Assembly: GCA_963662315.1 (NCBI GenBank)
Contig: OY759353.1
Coordinates: 3,488,001 to 3,552,000, forward strand
Reading direction: 5' to 3'
DNA: 64,000 nt
Origin: Geopsychrobacteraceae bacterium
GTDB lineage: Bacteria; Desulfobacterota; Desulfuromonadia; Desulfuromonadales; Geopsychrobacteraceae
This document shows, one piece after another, positions 11,828 through 21,502 of the stretch. Each line of letters starts with the position of its first letter. Positions within the stretch are counted from its first letter, which is position 1. The position numbers were made by a program, and so were the translations under genes. The notes beneath the pieces are model-generated. The model was not told where the DNA came from, did not search any database, and was given only the letters and a program-made list of their open reading frames with translations.

Positions 11828-12769
11828 CTACCCTTTAAACATCCCATCAATCAGCTGAATATCTTCTTCTGTCAGTTTGACCTCTAGGGTTTTCAGATTG
11901 CGCAGTGCCTGTTCAGCACGTTTTGCCCCCGGAATCAAGACATCGATAGCTGGTCGGGATAGGTACCAGGCTAGAACAATGTAAGGAAGATCGACTCCAT
12001 AGCGGTTGGCGACCTCTTTCAGACTGTCCACCTTGTCGATGATTTTAGGATAAACATCGGGCTGGAAATATGGTCTGGCATTGCGGAAGTCCCCTTCCGG
12101 CAGTTTAAAGTCCTTATCATATTTACCGGCTAGAATGCCCATGGCCAGTGGGAAGTAAGGGACGAAGGAGATCTGCTGCTCTTCACAATAGGGGAGAATG
12201 TCCTGCTCAACTTCACGTGAGATAAGGTTGTATTGTCCCTGGAAGACGTCAACGCCGCCATATTTATTCCCCTGCCTGAGCTGTTCAATGGAGAAGTTGG
12301 AAACACCGATGGCTCTGATCTTACCGGCGGTTTTCAGTTCCTGCAGCATGCCGACCGCTTCGTCCTTCGGGGTATCTTCATCGGGAAAGTGGATATAGTA
12401 AAGATCAATATAATCGGTCCTTAGGCGCTTGAGGCTGTCATTGACGGCTTGCTTGAGAAATTCCGGGCGATTGTTGTACTTAACTTCGCCGCTCGACAAA
12501 TCATGGGCACCCTTGGTGGCGATGACGACTTGCGAACGATTTTTCCCTGCAGCAACAACTTCACCGATCAACTCTTCTGAGCGTTTAGGACCGTAGCTAA
12601 AGGCGGTATCAATGAAGTCCATACCTGCTGCAAGGGCTTCTCTGACCAGTTCGCGTCCGGTATCTTCATTCAGATTGGGGTACAGATTATGACCGCCGAC
12701 CGCATTCGCTCCCAGGCCGATGGGGGTGACGAACAGATCGGTTTTGCCTATTTGAACTTTATGACTCAT
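11828..12769 (-). CDS. Aldo/keto reductase, Bacillus IolS-like
   Basis: [44 protein letters not shown]. Confidence 0.9.
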   Translation of the reverse strand: MSHKVQIGKTDLFVTPIGLGANAVGGHNLYPNLNEDTGRELVREALAAGMDFIDTAFSYGPKRSEELIGEVVAAGKNRSQVVIATKGAHDLSSGEVKYNNRPEFLKQAVNDSLKRLRTDYIDLYYIHFPDEDTPKDEAVGMLQELKTAGKIRAIGVSNFSIEQLRQGNKYGGVDVFQGQYNLISREVEQDILPYCEEQQISFVPYFPLAMGILAGKYDKDFKLPEGDFRNARPYFQPDVYPKIIDKVDSLKEVANRYGVDLPYIVLAWYLSRPAIDVLIPGAKRAEQALRNLKTLEVKLTEEDIQLIDGMFKG

Positions 12770-12986
12770 AACAAATCCTTTTTAAGCTATGGAGATTGTC
12801 GTTTACTTTACAATGCATGGTAGCATAAATGCTTACCGTTGTGTGCATGTGGCCCATCTTCATGACCTGGATGGAAATTATTGGCCAAGCTGTGCAGAAC
12901 TATCGACAATCACTTTAAGTGATTGTATTGTGACCACTTATTCATAAAGCTCTTACACGGGGACATGCGCTGGAATTTTGGAGCAT

Positions 12987-13187
12987 ATGCAGAAAACACT
13001 GATTCTGATCGGGGTGGTCATTATTGTTGCGGGCCTAGGCTGGCCTTGGCTAAGCAAAATTCCTTTTGGCCGGTTACCGGGAGATATTGTCATTGATAAA
13101 CCGGGGTTCAAGGTCTTTTTTCCAATAACCAGTATGCTCATCGTCAGCGCTTTGGTGTCGTTGATTATGTGGCTGTTCAGAAAGTAG
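12987..13187 (+). CDS. DUF2905-family small membrane protein
   Basis: GRLPGDI....FFPITSMLIVS motif. Confidence 0.85.
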   Translation: MQKTLILIGVVIIVAGLGWPWLSKIPFGRLPGDIVIDKPGFKVFFPITSMLIVSALVSLIMWLFRK

Positions 13188-13195
13188 TTTGAATA

Positions 13196-13657
13196 ATGAG
13201 ACGTTCAGAAAAAGCAGTGACCGATCTGGCCGGTCTTGAAGCGATACTGCGTGAAGGACGGGTGTGTCAGCTTGCCATTGCCGCTGATCCTGTGCCTTAC
13301 CTTGTCACTTTGAATTATGGTTATAACAGCCGTTGTCTCTATTTTCATTCGGCGCCAGTAGGTCGAAAGATCAGTCTTTTGCAGAACAATCCTCTGGTTG
13401 CATTCACTGTTGCTATAGATGGTGGTGTGATCACGGCTGATCAGTCCTGCAAATGGACAAATCGCTTTCAGTCGGTTGTTGGTTACGGTACGGTTTCCTT
13501 TTTGAGTGACGCTGAAAAAACTCTTGGCCTTAACTTTATTATGGATCAATACGGTGGCATAGCAGGAGAGTATTCTGCTGCAGCATTGGCCGCTACGTGT
13601 GTTTATAAGCTTGATATTAAGGAAATGACCGGAAAACGGTCACGAATGGATGTATGA
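13196..13657 (+). CDS. Pyridoxamine 5'-phosphate oxidase / Nim-like flavin-binding protein
   Basis: MRRSEK start, PYLVTLNYG, YFHSA..GRK, FQSVVG.G, MTGK. Confidence 0.85.
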   Translation: MRRSEKAVTDLAGLEAILREGRVCQLAIAADPVPYLVTLNYGYNSRCLYFHSAPVGRKISLLQNNPLVAFTVAIDGGVITADQSCKWTNRFQSVVGYGTVSFLSDAEKTLGLNFIMDQYGGIAGEYSAAALAATCVYKLDIKEMTGKRSRMDV

Positions 13658-13869
13658 TTTGTTTATCGTCCGCGGGACTTTTCTCGTCTTTGCGTAATGT
13701 CCTTAAGCGCTCTTTTTATGATGCGTGCAAAATTTTCTGGGAACTGTTCCGCATCATCCTGCCGATTACCATTGCAACCCGGATTCTTGAGCAGTTGGGA
13801 CTGATTGACACGCTTGGCGATTTTCTTGTGCCGCTGATGTGTCCTGGTCAAGGGGTGTCCTGTTGCTGA
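13654..13869 (+). pseudogene. Truncated N-terminus of a nucleoside-recognition (Gate) membrane protein
   Basis: FWELFRIILPITIATRILEQLGLI..LG..L.PLM matches the start of that family but stops after 71 aa. Confidence 0.55.
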
Positions 13870-14378
13870 TATCCGCTATTGTTGCCATGACGGCTCAGCG
13901 GGTGATCGGCTTAAACGGTCAAATCCCCTGGCACATGCCGAATGATCTGCAACGTTTCAAGCGTTTGACCCTTGGGCATGTGTTGTTGATGGGGCGGGCA
14001 ACCTACGACTCCATTGGACGGCCCCTGCCAGGACGACGGACTATTGTCCTCAGTCGTCAGCCTGGGCTGATTATCCCTGGCTGCGCTGTTGCCAGAAATT
14101 TTAACGCTGCTTTGCAAATGATTGGCCATAGTGAGGAAGTTTTTATCTGTGGCGGCGAAGAGTTATACCGACAGTCCCTGCCGTTCATTCAGCGCCTTTA
14201 CCTGACAGAAATTGATCTGGACAGTCCAGGCGATCGTTATTTCCCCCATATTTTGTCCGAGGATTTTGAGCTGCTTTACCAACAGTGCTATGTTGAAGGA
14301 ACTGAGTGTTGTTTTCGGATACTACAGCGCTATAGCTGTTGTGCCGCATTAACTCAGGAAACTTTGCAGCGTATTTAA
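13863..14378 (+). CDS. folA: Dihydrofolate reductase
   Basis: AIVAM..RVIG..IPWHMPNDL..FK, MGRATYDSIGRPLPGR, ICGGEELY, GDRYFP; TTG start after AGGGG. Confidence 0.95.
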   Translation: MLISAIVAMTAQRVIGLNGQIPWHMPNDLQRFKRLTLGHVLLMGRATYDSIGRPLPGRRTIVLSRQPGLIIPGCAVARNFNAALQMIGHSEEVFICGGEELYRQSLPFIQRLYLTEIDLDSPGDRYFPHILSEDFELLYQQCYVEGTECCFRILQRYSCCAALTQETLQRI

Positions 14379-14495
14379 GTGAATAATGAGTGGCGGCAAT
14401 GATGCCGGTGAAAAGCAAGGACGCTGGCAATGGCGGCTGAGAAGAACGATTAGTATGTCAGCCGGGAAAATTTTTTATGAGTGAGGAACGACTCC

Positions 14496-15143
14496 ATGAT
14501 TAGCGTGAATAAAGCCAAAACTGCCAGTTTTGATGTTGATCCGCAACGCGGGTTTACCCCCCTGTGTCCTAATGAATTACCGGTGGCCGAAGGGGATCTG
14601 ATTGCCGGGGAGCTGAATGCCCAGGCCGCCTTTGCAGCACTGCGCGTGGTCAGCAAGGATTGCCATCCGGCCGAGGCGCCGTGGGTAGCCAACTCAGCTG
14701 CGGAAATCATGCAGCCGGTTGCTGGTGATTACCCCAACCTGGACATCAAGTGGCCACCCCACTGTGTTGTTGGTACCCTGGGTAATCAGTTAATTCCGGG
14801 ACTTCCGGCAGAAGCTGATTATGACCTGGTGATTGAAAAGGGCGCTGACCCGGAAATGCACCCTTACGGTGCCTGTTTTCATGATCTCCTCGAAGAGAAA
14901 AGCACGGGTGCGGTTGAATGGCTTCAAGAGCGGGGAATTGAAACCGTTCTGCTGGCTGGGCTGGCAACCGACTACTGCGTCAAGACGACAGGACTGCAAC
15001 TGCTTAAAGCTGGTTTTGCTGTGGTGCTGAATCTTGCCGGTTCACGTGGCGTGGCTCCAGAAACCAGTGCCGCAGCAATCAGTGAATTGCGTAGGGCCGG
15101 AGCGACCATTATTAACAGCAGTAGCGAGTTGGCCCAGGCATGA
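14496..15143 (+). CDS. pncA: Nicotinamidase
   Basis: DVDPQRGF, SKDCH, WPPHC, GLATDYCVKTT. Confidence 0.9.
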   Translation: MISVNKAKTASFDVDPQRGFTPLCPNELPVAEGDLIAGELNAQAAFAALRVVSKDCHPAEAPWVANSAAEIMQPVAGDYPNLDIKWPPHCVVGTLGNQLIPGLPAEADYDLVIEKGADPEMHPYGACFHDLLEEKSTGAVEWLQERGIETVLLAGLATDYCVKTTGLQLLKAGFAVVLNLAGSRGVAPETSAAAISELRRAGATIINSSSELAQA

Positions 15144-16354
15144 GTGCACCTGACCAGTATCACTGGATGATCCCCAGCCTGCTCGACACCGATCTGTACA
15201 AGATCACCATGCTGCAGGCGTTTTATCATGCACCCGAATTCCGCTCTGTGCCGGTTGAATGGAAATTCGCCTGTCGCAATCGTAACGGTTTCAATATTGC
15301 TGAATTGATTCCCGAGATCAGGCGTCAGCTGGAACATGTCTGTACCTTATCGTTTACCGATGATGAACTCGACTATCTGGCGACCTTTACCTTCATCAAG
15401 CCTGATTTTATTGAATTCCTGCGTATTTTCCGTCTTGATATGCGTTTTGTTGATATGGAGGCCGCAGGAGAAGACATTCATCTGCGGTTTCGCGGTCCCT
15501 TATTGCATGTGACTCTGTTTGAAATTTTTGCCTTGGCAATTATCAGTGAATTGCATACCTATCACCATCTGGGCGGTATTAACATTGCGCAGGCTCGTGA
15601 GCGCTTGCAGGGGAAAATTGAGTTGCTGCGCCAGCAGGGACAGATGCCAGGGTTTCACTTTGCCGATTTCGGAACCCGGCGCAGAGCCAGCCGCGCCTGG
15701 CAAGAGGAAGTTCTGCTCACCTGTAAACGGGAGTTGCCCGACTATTTTACCGGGACCAGTAATCTCGATTTTGCCCGCCGCCATAAGATGATGCCCATTG
15801 GTACCATGGCCCACGAGTGGTTCCAGGTCTGGCAGGCGGTTACGCGCTTAAGTGATGCCCAGAAAGCCGCATTGGAGGGCTGGGTGCGCGAGTACCGTGG
15901 ACGCCTGGGAGTGGCCCTGACCGATTGTTATTCCATGGATGCGTTCTGCCGCGATTTTGCCGATCCTTACTTCGGCAAACTCTACGATGGTTTGCGCCAT
16001 GACAGTGGTTCCCCCTATGAATGGGGTGAAAAAGCCCTTGCTATGTATAAACAGATGGGAATTGATGCCAAAACCAAGACCCTGGTCTTCAGTGACAGCC
16101 TGTCCTTTCAGCAGATGATCGATATTTATCAATATTTTATCTCACGCAGTAAGGTCACCTTCGGTATTGGTACCAACCTGACCAATGATGTTGGTCACAC
16201 CCCTTTGAATATTGTCATCAAGCTGGTTGCCGCTAACGGCAGACCGGTCGCCAAGATTTCTGACGAACCGGGGAAAAGCATGTGCGAAGATCCTGGTTAC
16301 CTGTGCTACCTCGCCTCCGTTTACGGAATAACATTACCTGTGGAAAATACATGA
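15140..16354 (+). CDS. pncB: Nicotinate phosphoribosyltransferase
   Basis: SLLDTDLYK.TM, DFGTRRR, GTSN, GTMAHEW, RHDSG, FGIGTNL, KISDEPGK. Confidence 0.96.
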   Translation: MSAPDQYHWMIPSLLDTDLYKITMLQAFYHAPEFRSVPVEWKFACRNRNGFNIAELIPEIRRQLEHVCTLSFTDDELDYLATFTFIKPDFIEFLRIFRLDMRFVDMEAAGEDIHLRFRGPLLHVTLFEIFALAIISELHTYHHLGGINIAQARERLQGKIELLRQQGQMPGFHFADFGTRRRASRAWQEEVLLTCKRELPDYFTGTSNLDFARRHKMMPIGTMAHEWFQVWQAVTRLSDAQKAALEGWVREYRGRLGVALTDCYSMDAFCRDFADPYFGKLYDGLRHDSGSPYEWGEKALAMYKQMGIDAKTKTLVFSDSLSFQQMIDIYQYFISRSKVTFGIGTNLTNDVGHTPLNIVIKLVAANGRPVAKISDEPGKSMCEDPGYLCYLASVYGITLPVENT

Positions 16355-17604
16355 ACAATTATGATGTGATCGTTATCGGCGGTGGACCGGCCGGCATTTT
16401 TTCCGCTGGTTTTGCGGCCTTGAGTGGTGCCCGGGTTGTGCTGTTCGAAAAGAATCGTCGCTGCGGAGCAAAGCTGCTTATTACCGGCAAAGGGCGTTGT
16501 AATATTACCAACGCTGAAGCTGATCCGCGTAAACTGAGCGATGTGTTTGGTAAACAAGGGAAGAATCTGCTGACAGCTCTGTATGCCTTCGGGGTTCATG
16601 ATGTAATCGATTTTTTTGAACAGCGGGGCCTCAAAACTCAAACTGAACGCGGTGGGCGGGTCTTTCCGGCGGAAAGTGATGCCGCAGCCGTGCAGAAAGT
16701 TCTCGATAATTTTTTGCTAGAATGCGGTGTTGAAAAGATTACCGGGTGCCAGGTTTTGGATATAGAAGTTGAAGAGAGGCGCGTTCAGCGGGTGCTGACC
16801 AATCAGGGAGCGTTTGTCGCCAATCGAGTTATTATGGCCACCGGTGGTCTGTCCTATCCGGAAACGGGGTGTACCGGTGATGGTTATGACTGGGCCGTGG
16901 CCTCGGGGCATCGACTGGTCGAGCCAAAGCCGGCGCTGGTTCCGGTGTTTCTGGCTGAAGAGTGGACGCGTGAACTGATCACCTTCAATCTGAAAAATGT
17001 GCGTATTGAAGTCCGCCAGCAGGGGCGGAAGTTGGATGAGCGCTTTGGCGAAGCGTTCTTTACCCGCAAAGGAATCGGTGGCCCGATTATACTGGACATG
17101 AGCGCCATGATCGGTGATGCACTTGAGCAGGGGCCTGTGTCGCTGGTACTTGATATTAAACCGGCTGTTTCCAGAGAGCTGTTTGATAAGCGCCTGCAGC
17201 GGGAATTAAGCGAGAACAGCAACCGTAATTTTGAGAAGTCTCTGGCGGGTTTGTTGCCCAAGAATATGATTCCACTCTTTGTCCAGCTCTCCGGCATTGA
17301 TCCGGACAAGAAATGTCACTCGGTGACCAAGGAAGAACGCCTGAAGTTGCTCTCACTATTCAAAGAGCTGGAATTGACAGTCACCGGGATTGATGGTTTC
17401 CGCAAGGCGATCGTGACCGCAGGAGGGATTGATCTGCGTGACATTGATATGCGGACCATGTGTTCACGGAAGCTTGAAAATCTCTATTTTGCCGGTGAAA
17501 TGATCGATCTTGATGCCCCCACCGGTGGTTATAACTTACAACTTTGCTGGTCCACAGGGTACCTGGCTGGAACCAGCGCAGCGCAGGCCGTATTTTCCTG
17601 CTAA
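16351..17604 (+). CDS. HI0933/BaiN/YhiN-family flavoprotein
   Basis: IGGGPAG, TGKGRCNITN, ATGGLSYP..G..GDGY, GGYNLQ; start ATG 16351 overlaps the pncB stop. Confidence 0.92.
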   Translation: MNNYDVIVIGGGPAGIFSAGFAALSGARVVLFEKNRRCGAKLLITGKGRCNITNAEADPRKLSDVFGKQGKNLLTALYAFGVHDVIDFFEQRGLKTQTERGGRVFPAESDAAAVQKVLDNFLLECGVEKITGCQVLDIEVEERRVQRVLTNQGAFVANRVIMATGGLSYPETGCTGDGYDWAVASGHRLVEPKPALVPVFLAEEWTRELITFNLKNVRIEVRQQGRKLDERFGEAFFTRKGIGGPIILDMSAMIGDALEQGPVSLVLDIKPAVSRELFDKRLQRELSENSNRNFEKSLAGLLPKNMIPLFVQLSGIDPDKKCHSVTKEERLKLLSLFKELELTVTGIDGFRKAIVTAGGIDLRDIDMRTMCSRKLENLYFAGEMIDLDAPTGGYNLQLCWSTGYLAGTSAAQAVFSC

Positions 17605-17968
17605 TAAGCATATTCTTTGGAACTATTCATTTTTATGTAATTCAAGCCCAAATCAGTCTGTTCTGATGACGGTGAAACCTCAAGTTTCCCCCTGTGCGTT
17701 GTGATGCGGTCTGAACGGCAAAGATCTGGAGTGCAGTTGGGCCAAGCACCTGAAATTCTGGGTCAGCTGAATCGATAAATCGGTTCAGAAGTACCGCCAG
17801 CGTGATCCGAACTGGTTCATGCTGGAATTTGAAATCGCGAGGGTTTGCTGAAAATTAAACTCTCGTAAAGATTGGATAATAAAAAAACTGTAATCAGGTT
17901 ATATTTGATCGCAGCTTTTTTTCGTTTCTAATCTGAAAATAGATCTGTTGCCACAAGGAGTGCCGTAG

Positions 17969-18868
17969 ATGGAACTTAAAGGTATATATCCGATCGTCCC
18001 GACCCCGTTTCTTGATGATGGTGCGGTTGACTACGTCAGCATCGAGCGTCTGATTGATTGTCTTGCTGCTAAAAAAGTGCATGGTATCGCGATTATGGGT
18101 GCCCTTGGTGAAGGTCCCAAGATGACTGATGCTGAGCGCACGGAGATTATCCAGCTTTATCGCAAGCGGATGCCTGGTGACATGCACCTGGTTGTCGGTA
18201 CCCGTGCTCCGGCGACCGATCCGGCTAAATTACAGGCGCAGAAAGCCAGGGATCTGGGAGCGGATGCGTTATTGCTCGGACCCCATGGTATTCAGAAGGA
18301 CAAACCTCTGCTTGAGTATTACCAGCAGGTGTCGGATGCCGCGCAGATCCCCTGTGTCATTCATGATTATCCGGCTGTAACCGGTATTACCATGTCGGTC
18401 GAGCTGATCACCAAAATGTTTCAAACTGCTGAACATATCAAGTACCTGAAGCTGGAAGATCCGCCAACCGGGATGAAATTCCAGGCGTTGAAAATGTCAG
18501 TAGGAGAACGGCTTAGAGTTTTTGGCGCTCTCGGGGGGAACTATGCTCTGGAAGAGCTGCAACTTGGCGCGGTAGGGATCATGACCGGCTTTGTCTACGC
18601 CGAACTGCTGGTACAGCTGTTCAACCATGCCCAGGCTGGTGAGTGGGAAGACGCCAAGCAGCTGTTCTATGATTTTCTGCCCCTGACCCGCTGGGAGTTC
18701 CAGCCTGGAGTTGGCATTTCTTTGCGTAAGCATCTGTTTAAGCGTATGGGCGTTTTTACCTCGACCAAAGTTCGACATCCGGGGATGGATGCGGATCAAG
18801 TTACGGTTGACCAGATGCTTCAGATTGTTGAATTTTTGAACAAGAAAGGGTATCAGCTGGCAATTTAA
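17969..18868 (+). CDS. DHDPS/NAL-family aldolase or dehydratase (not canonical DapA)
   Basis: GIYPIVPTPF, GALGE in place of GTTGE, HDYP, Schiff-base Lys in YLKLED. Confidence 0.85.
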   Translation: MELKGIYPIVPTPFLDDGAVDYVSIERLIDCLAAKKVHGIAIMGALGEGPKMTDAERTEIIQLYRKRMPGDMHLVVGTRAPATDPAKLQAQKARDLGADALLLGPHGIQKDKPLLEYYQQVSDAAQIPCVIHDYPAVTGITMSVELITKMFQTAEHIKYLKLEDPPTGMKFQALKMSVGERLRVFGALGGNYALEELQLGAVGIMTGFVYAELLVQLFNHAQAGEWEDAKQLFYDFLPLTRWEFQPGVGISLRKHLFKRMGVFTSTKVRHPGMDADQVTVDQMLQIVEFLNKKGYQLAI

Positions 18869-18902
18869 GCTGTCACTGACATTGATGCCCTTCTGGAAAA
18901 TA

Positions 18903-18937
18903 AAATACGCCACATGTCGTTTGCATGTGGCGTATTT
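18903..18937. terminator. Intrinsic terminator hairpin between convergent genes
   Basis: AAATACGCCACATG/CATGTGGCGTATTT perfect 14-bp inverted repeat. Confidence 0.75.
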
Positions 18938-19105
18938 CATTTCCGGATAAGACGTCAGAACACCATCATAATCAGCGGCAAAGTTACCAGGCTGGCCAGA
19001 AGCGAGTATTGACAAAGTCGGGAGCGATATTGCTCTCCTTGGCTCATTGTTTGCGCCTGCTCACGAAACTGATTGTGAACAGACGCGGCCTTTCGGAATA
19101 AGTTG

Positions 19106-20338
19106 TCAAGGTTTTGCTTTTAACTTCTCGATCATTTGCTCGTAAGGCAGATGCTTAAAGTCGATGCTGAGATGTGACTGATCATCCACCAGGCGAAAGC
19201 CTTTGTCGCGAATGGCCTGTTCCAGACCCTTCATATGCAAGGCTCCCCAGGGCAGAACCAGGGTATCGTAGCGCTGTAGTGCTTCAGGGATATAGGCTAA
19301 GACGGCAGCATTGCGCTTGTCGAGCAGATCAGCCATGATGGTTTTATCAATATCAGGATCTGTGTGCTCCTGAATCCATTGATTAAATTCGAAATATCCG
19401 TCAACCGGGGAATCGCCATTTAAAACGTATTTGGCCAAGGTGTCCAGGACTTCAATGGTTTGTGGGTCAAAAGCGCTGACGTCTATATCAGCCGGGAGGA
19501 TGTCGAGCTGGGTCTGCTCTTCATTGGCCGGTTGTTCCTGCTTCAGCTGCTCAGGCGAGATAATCCGCGCTGAAAGGTCAAGTTGCCCCTGTGAGGTCAG
19601 ACCAAGAAATTCTGCGAGGTTTCCGTAACTGAAACGATTTTTCAGCAAATTTGTCTTGTCACTGACCCCTTCCATGAGAATCAGGGTGTTTTTCTTCGGA
19701 ATGGTTTTGGCGATATCAGTGTAATATTCCGGGCGGGCCAGGTGGATCATTGCAATCAGCTTAATGGCTTTATCGTTATGCTGGTAGGTTTTTTCACTCA
19801 TATACAGGCCATCAGGTTGCAGGGTGACAAACCCGCCAGTGCTGGTGTCGATCAGCTGGGCGGCGAGTTTATAGCCAATAGCAACAAACGCCGGTGGAGC
19901 GATGAGGATGTTGACGATAATGAAAATCAGCAACGCCCGGCCACTGAAGAAAGGACCGGTAAACTGGCTTGGCACCAGCAGGAAGCTTGATTCATTGTCA
20001 CGATAATTACGCCGTAGCAAGAAAAACAGGGTGAGCAACTGGGCAAAGCCAACACAAAGGTGATAGGCTTGACCTATCACCTCTGATAATGGCCAGTAGC
20101 TGAATACGCTCCAGAAAACCCAGGCAAAAAGTGGGTAAAAAACCAGTTTAGGCAGATGACGATTAAAGGCTGAAACAAAGTAAAGGAAGAGAGTTCCATA
20201 CCGGACGAAGGTCTGGAGCTGAGTGATATAATTGGGGATAAGAGGGAACCCGGACAGACTATCTGGAGCAAAAAGGACAATATTGCTGAGGGCAAAAAGG
20301 GTAAACAGCAGCAGAAACAGGTTGGCCAGAATTCTCAT
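19106..20338 (-). CDS. Membrane protein with C-terminal TraB/GumN-like domain
   Basis: About five N-terminal TM helices; AMIHLA...YY, LMEGV, RNA..L and WGALHM motifs. Confidence 0.55.
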   Translation of the reverse strand: MRILANLFLLLFTLFALSNIVLFAPDSLSGFPLIPNYITQLQTFVRYGTLFLYFVSAFNRHLPKLVFYPLFAWVFWSVFSYWPLSEVIGQAYHLCVGFAQLLTLFFLLRRNYRDNESSFLLVPSQFTGPFFSGRALLIFIIVNILIAPPAFVAIGYKLAAQLIDTSTGGFVTLQPDGLYMSEKTYQHNDKAIKLIAMIHLARPEYYTDIAKTIPKKNTLILMEGVSDKTNLLKNRFSYGNLAEFLGLTSQGQLDLSARIISPEQLKQEQPANEEQTQLDILPADIDVSAFDPQTIEVLDTLAKYVLNGDSPVDGYFEFNQWIQEHTDPDIDKTIMADLLDKRNAAVLAYIPEALQRYDTLVLPWGALHMKGLEQAIRDKGFRLVDDQSHLSIDFKHLPYEQMIEKLKAKP

Positions 20339-20479
20339 TTTTATCCCGTACCTTATGCAAGAAGATTAACAGATAGATCTTTAAAACGTAGATATCTTTT
20401 TGCGGATTGTCAACGTTATGAAACCGAGTTGTTTTATTGTCGCGATGCTAAACGCAAATACTCATCATTGGAGAGTCAA

Positions 20480-21376
20480 ATGAAACTGTTGTTAAAACTT
20501 ATTGTCGCTCTCGTGCTTTTGGCAGGGGTTATTGTTGGCGCCGGTTTTTTCTATCTTGATGTCATTGCCAAAAAAGCGGTCGAGGAAGGCGGAACTATGG
20601 CTTTGGGGGTTCCGACAACGCTGGACTCCATCCATATCTCGCTGCTTGGCGGCGAAGCGTCTTTAAGCGGGTTGACAATTGCTAACCCGGCGGGCTTTTC
20701 AAATACGGTATTCATGGGGCTTGGCGACGGGGGGGCGGCTGTTTCGGTGTCATCATTGCTGAGTGATACCATCGTTATTCCCCATGTCAATCTTTCTAAC
20801 ATTCGAGTCAACCTGGAACAGCGTGGCAAGAAGAACAACATTGAGCCGTTGCTGGCAAATGCCAAAAAGATGGCCGGATCCGGTCGTTCCCCCAAAACAG
20901 CACCAGCCCCGGCAGCGGACAATGGCCCCGGCAAGAAATTTATTGTTGAGTATTTCGCGCTGAATGATGTGCAGGTTGCAGCCGACCTCGATCTGCTGGG
21001 GCAGGTGTCGAAAGTCAACCTGGTGCTGCCCAAGATCGAATTGAAAAATCTCGGGACGGCAGAAAATGGGCTGCCGATGGATCAACTGATCCAAACGGTT
21101 GTGGAAGCGGTTCTGGCTGCGGTGCAGAGCAGTTCGGCCCAATTGTCGCCGGAGTTGGCCCGGTTGCTTAAGGGCCAATTGGGGGACTTAAGCGGAGTCA
21201 AAGCCGAGGTGATTGGTAAGGCCCAGGCCGAAGTTGAAAAAGTGGTCAAGGATGTGAAACAGAACATTAAGGATAATATCAAGGCGGATCTGCCTCCGGA
21301 GGCGGAAAAGCTCATCGATGACAAGGCTGATGGGCTGATCAAGGGGCTGGACAATATGCTTGGGGGAAAGAAGTAG
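20480..21376 (+). CDS. AsmA/DUF748-like periplasmic protein
   Basis: N-terminal anchor, LTIANPAGF motif, beta-rich region; start ATG 20480 after GGAG. Confidence 0.7.
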   Translation: MKLLLKLIVALVLLAGVIVGAGFFYLDVIAKKAVEEGGTMALGVPTTLDSIHISLLGGEASLSGLTIANPAGFSNTVFMGLGDGGAAVSVSSLLSDTIVIPHVNLSNIRVNLEQRGKKNNIEPLLANAKKMAGSGRSPKTAPAPAADNGPGKKFIVEYFALNDVQVAADLDLLGQVSKVNLVLPKIELKNLGTAENGLPMDQLIQTVVEAVLAAVQSSSAQLSPELARLLKGQLGDLSGVKAEVIGKAQAEVEKVVKDVKQNIKDNIKADLPPEAEKLIDDKADGLIKGLDNMLGGKK

Positions 21377-21502
21377 GTTGGCCTGCGCGAGATTTGAAAG
21401 CCTACTTTAATCTGACTTTTGAAAAACAAGCTCAATTCTTGTCGCTTAGGGGCTCGGCCATAACAGCTGAAGTTTGAGACGGCCAAGCGCTTCTTTGCCA
21501 AG

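Noticed and set aside
14379..14495. NrtR operator or riboswitch before pncA
   Set aside because: No convincing palindrome or conserved structure
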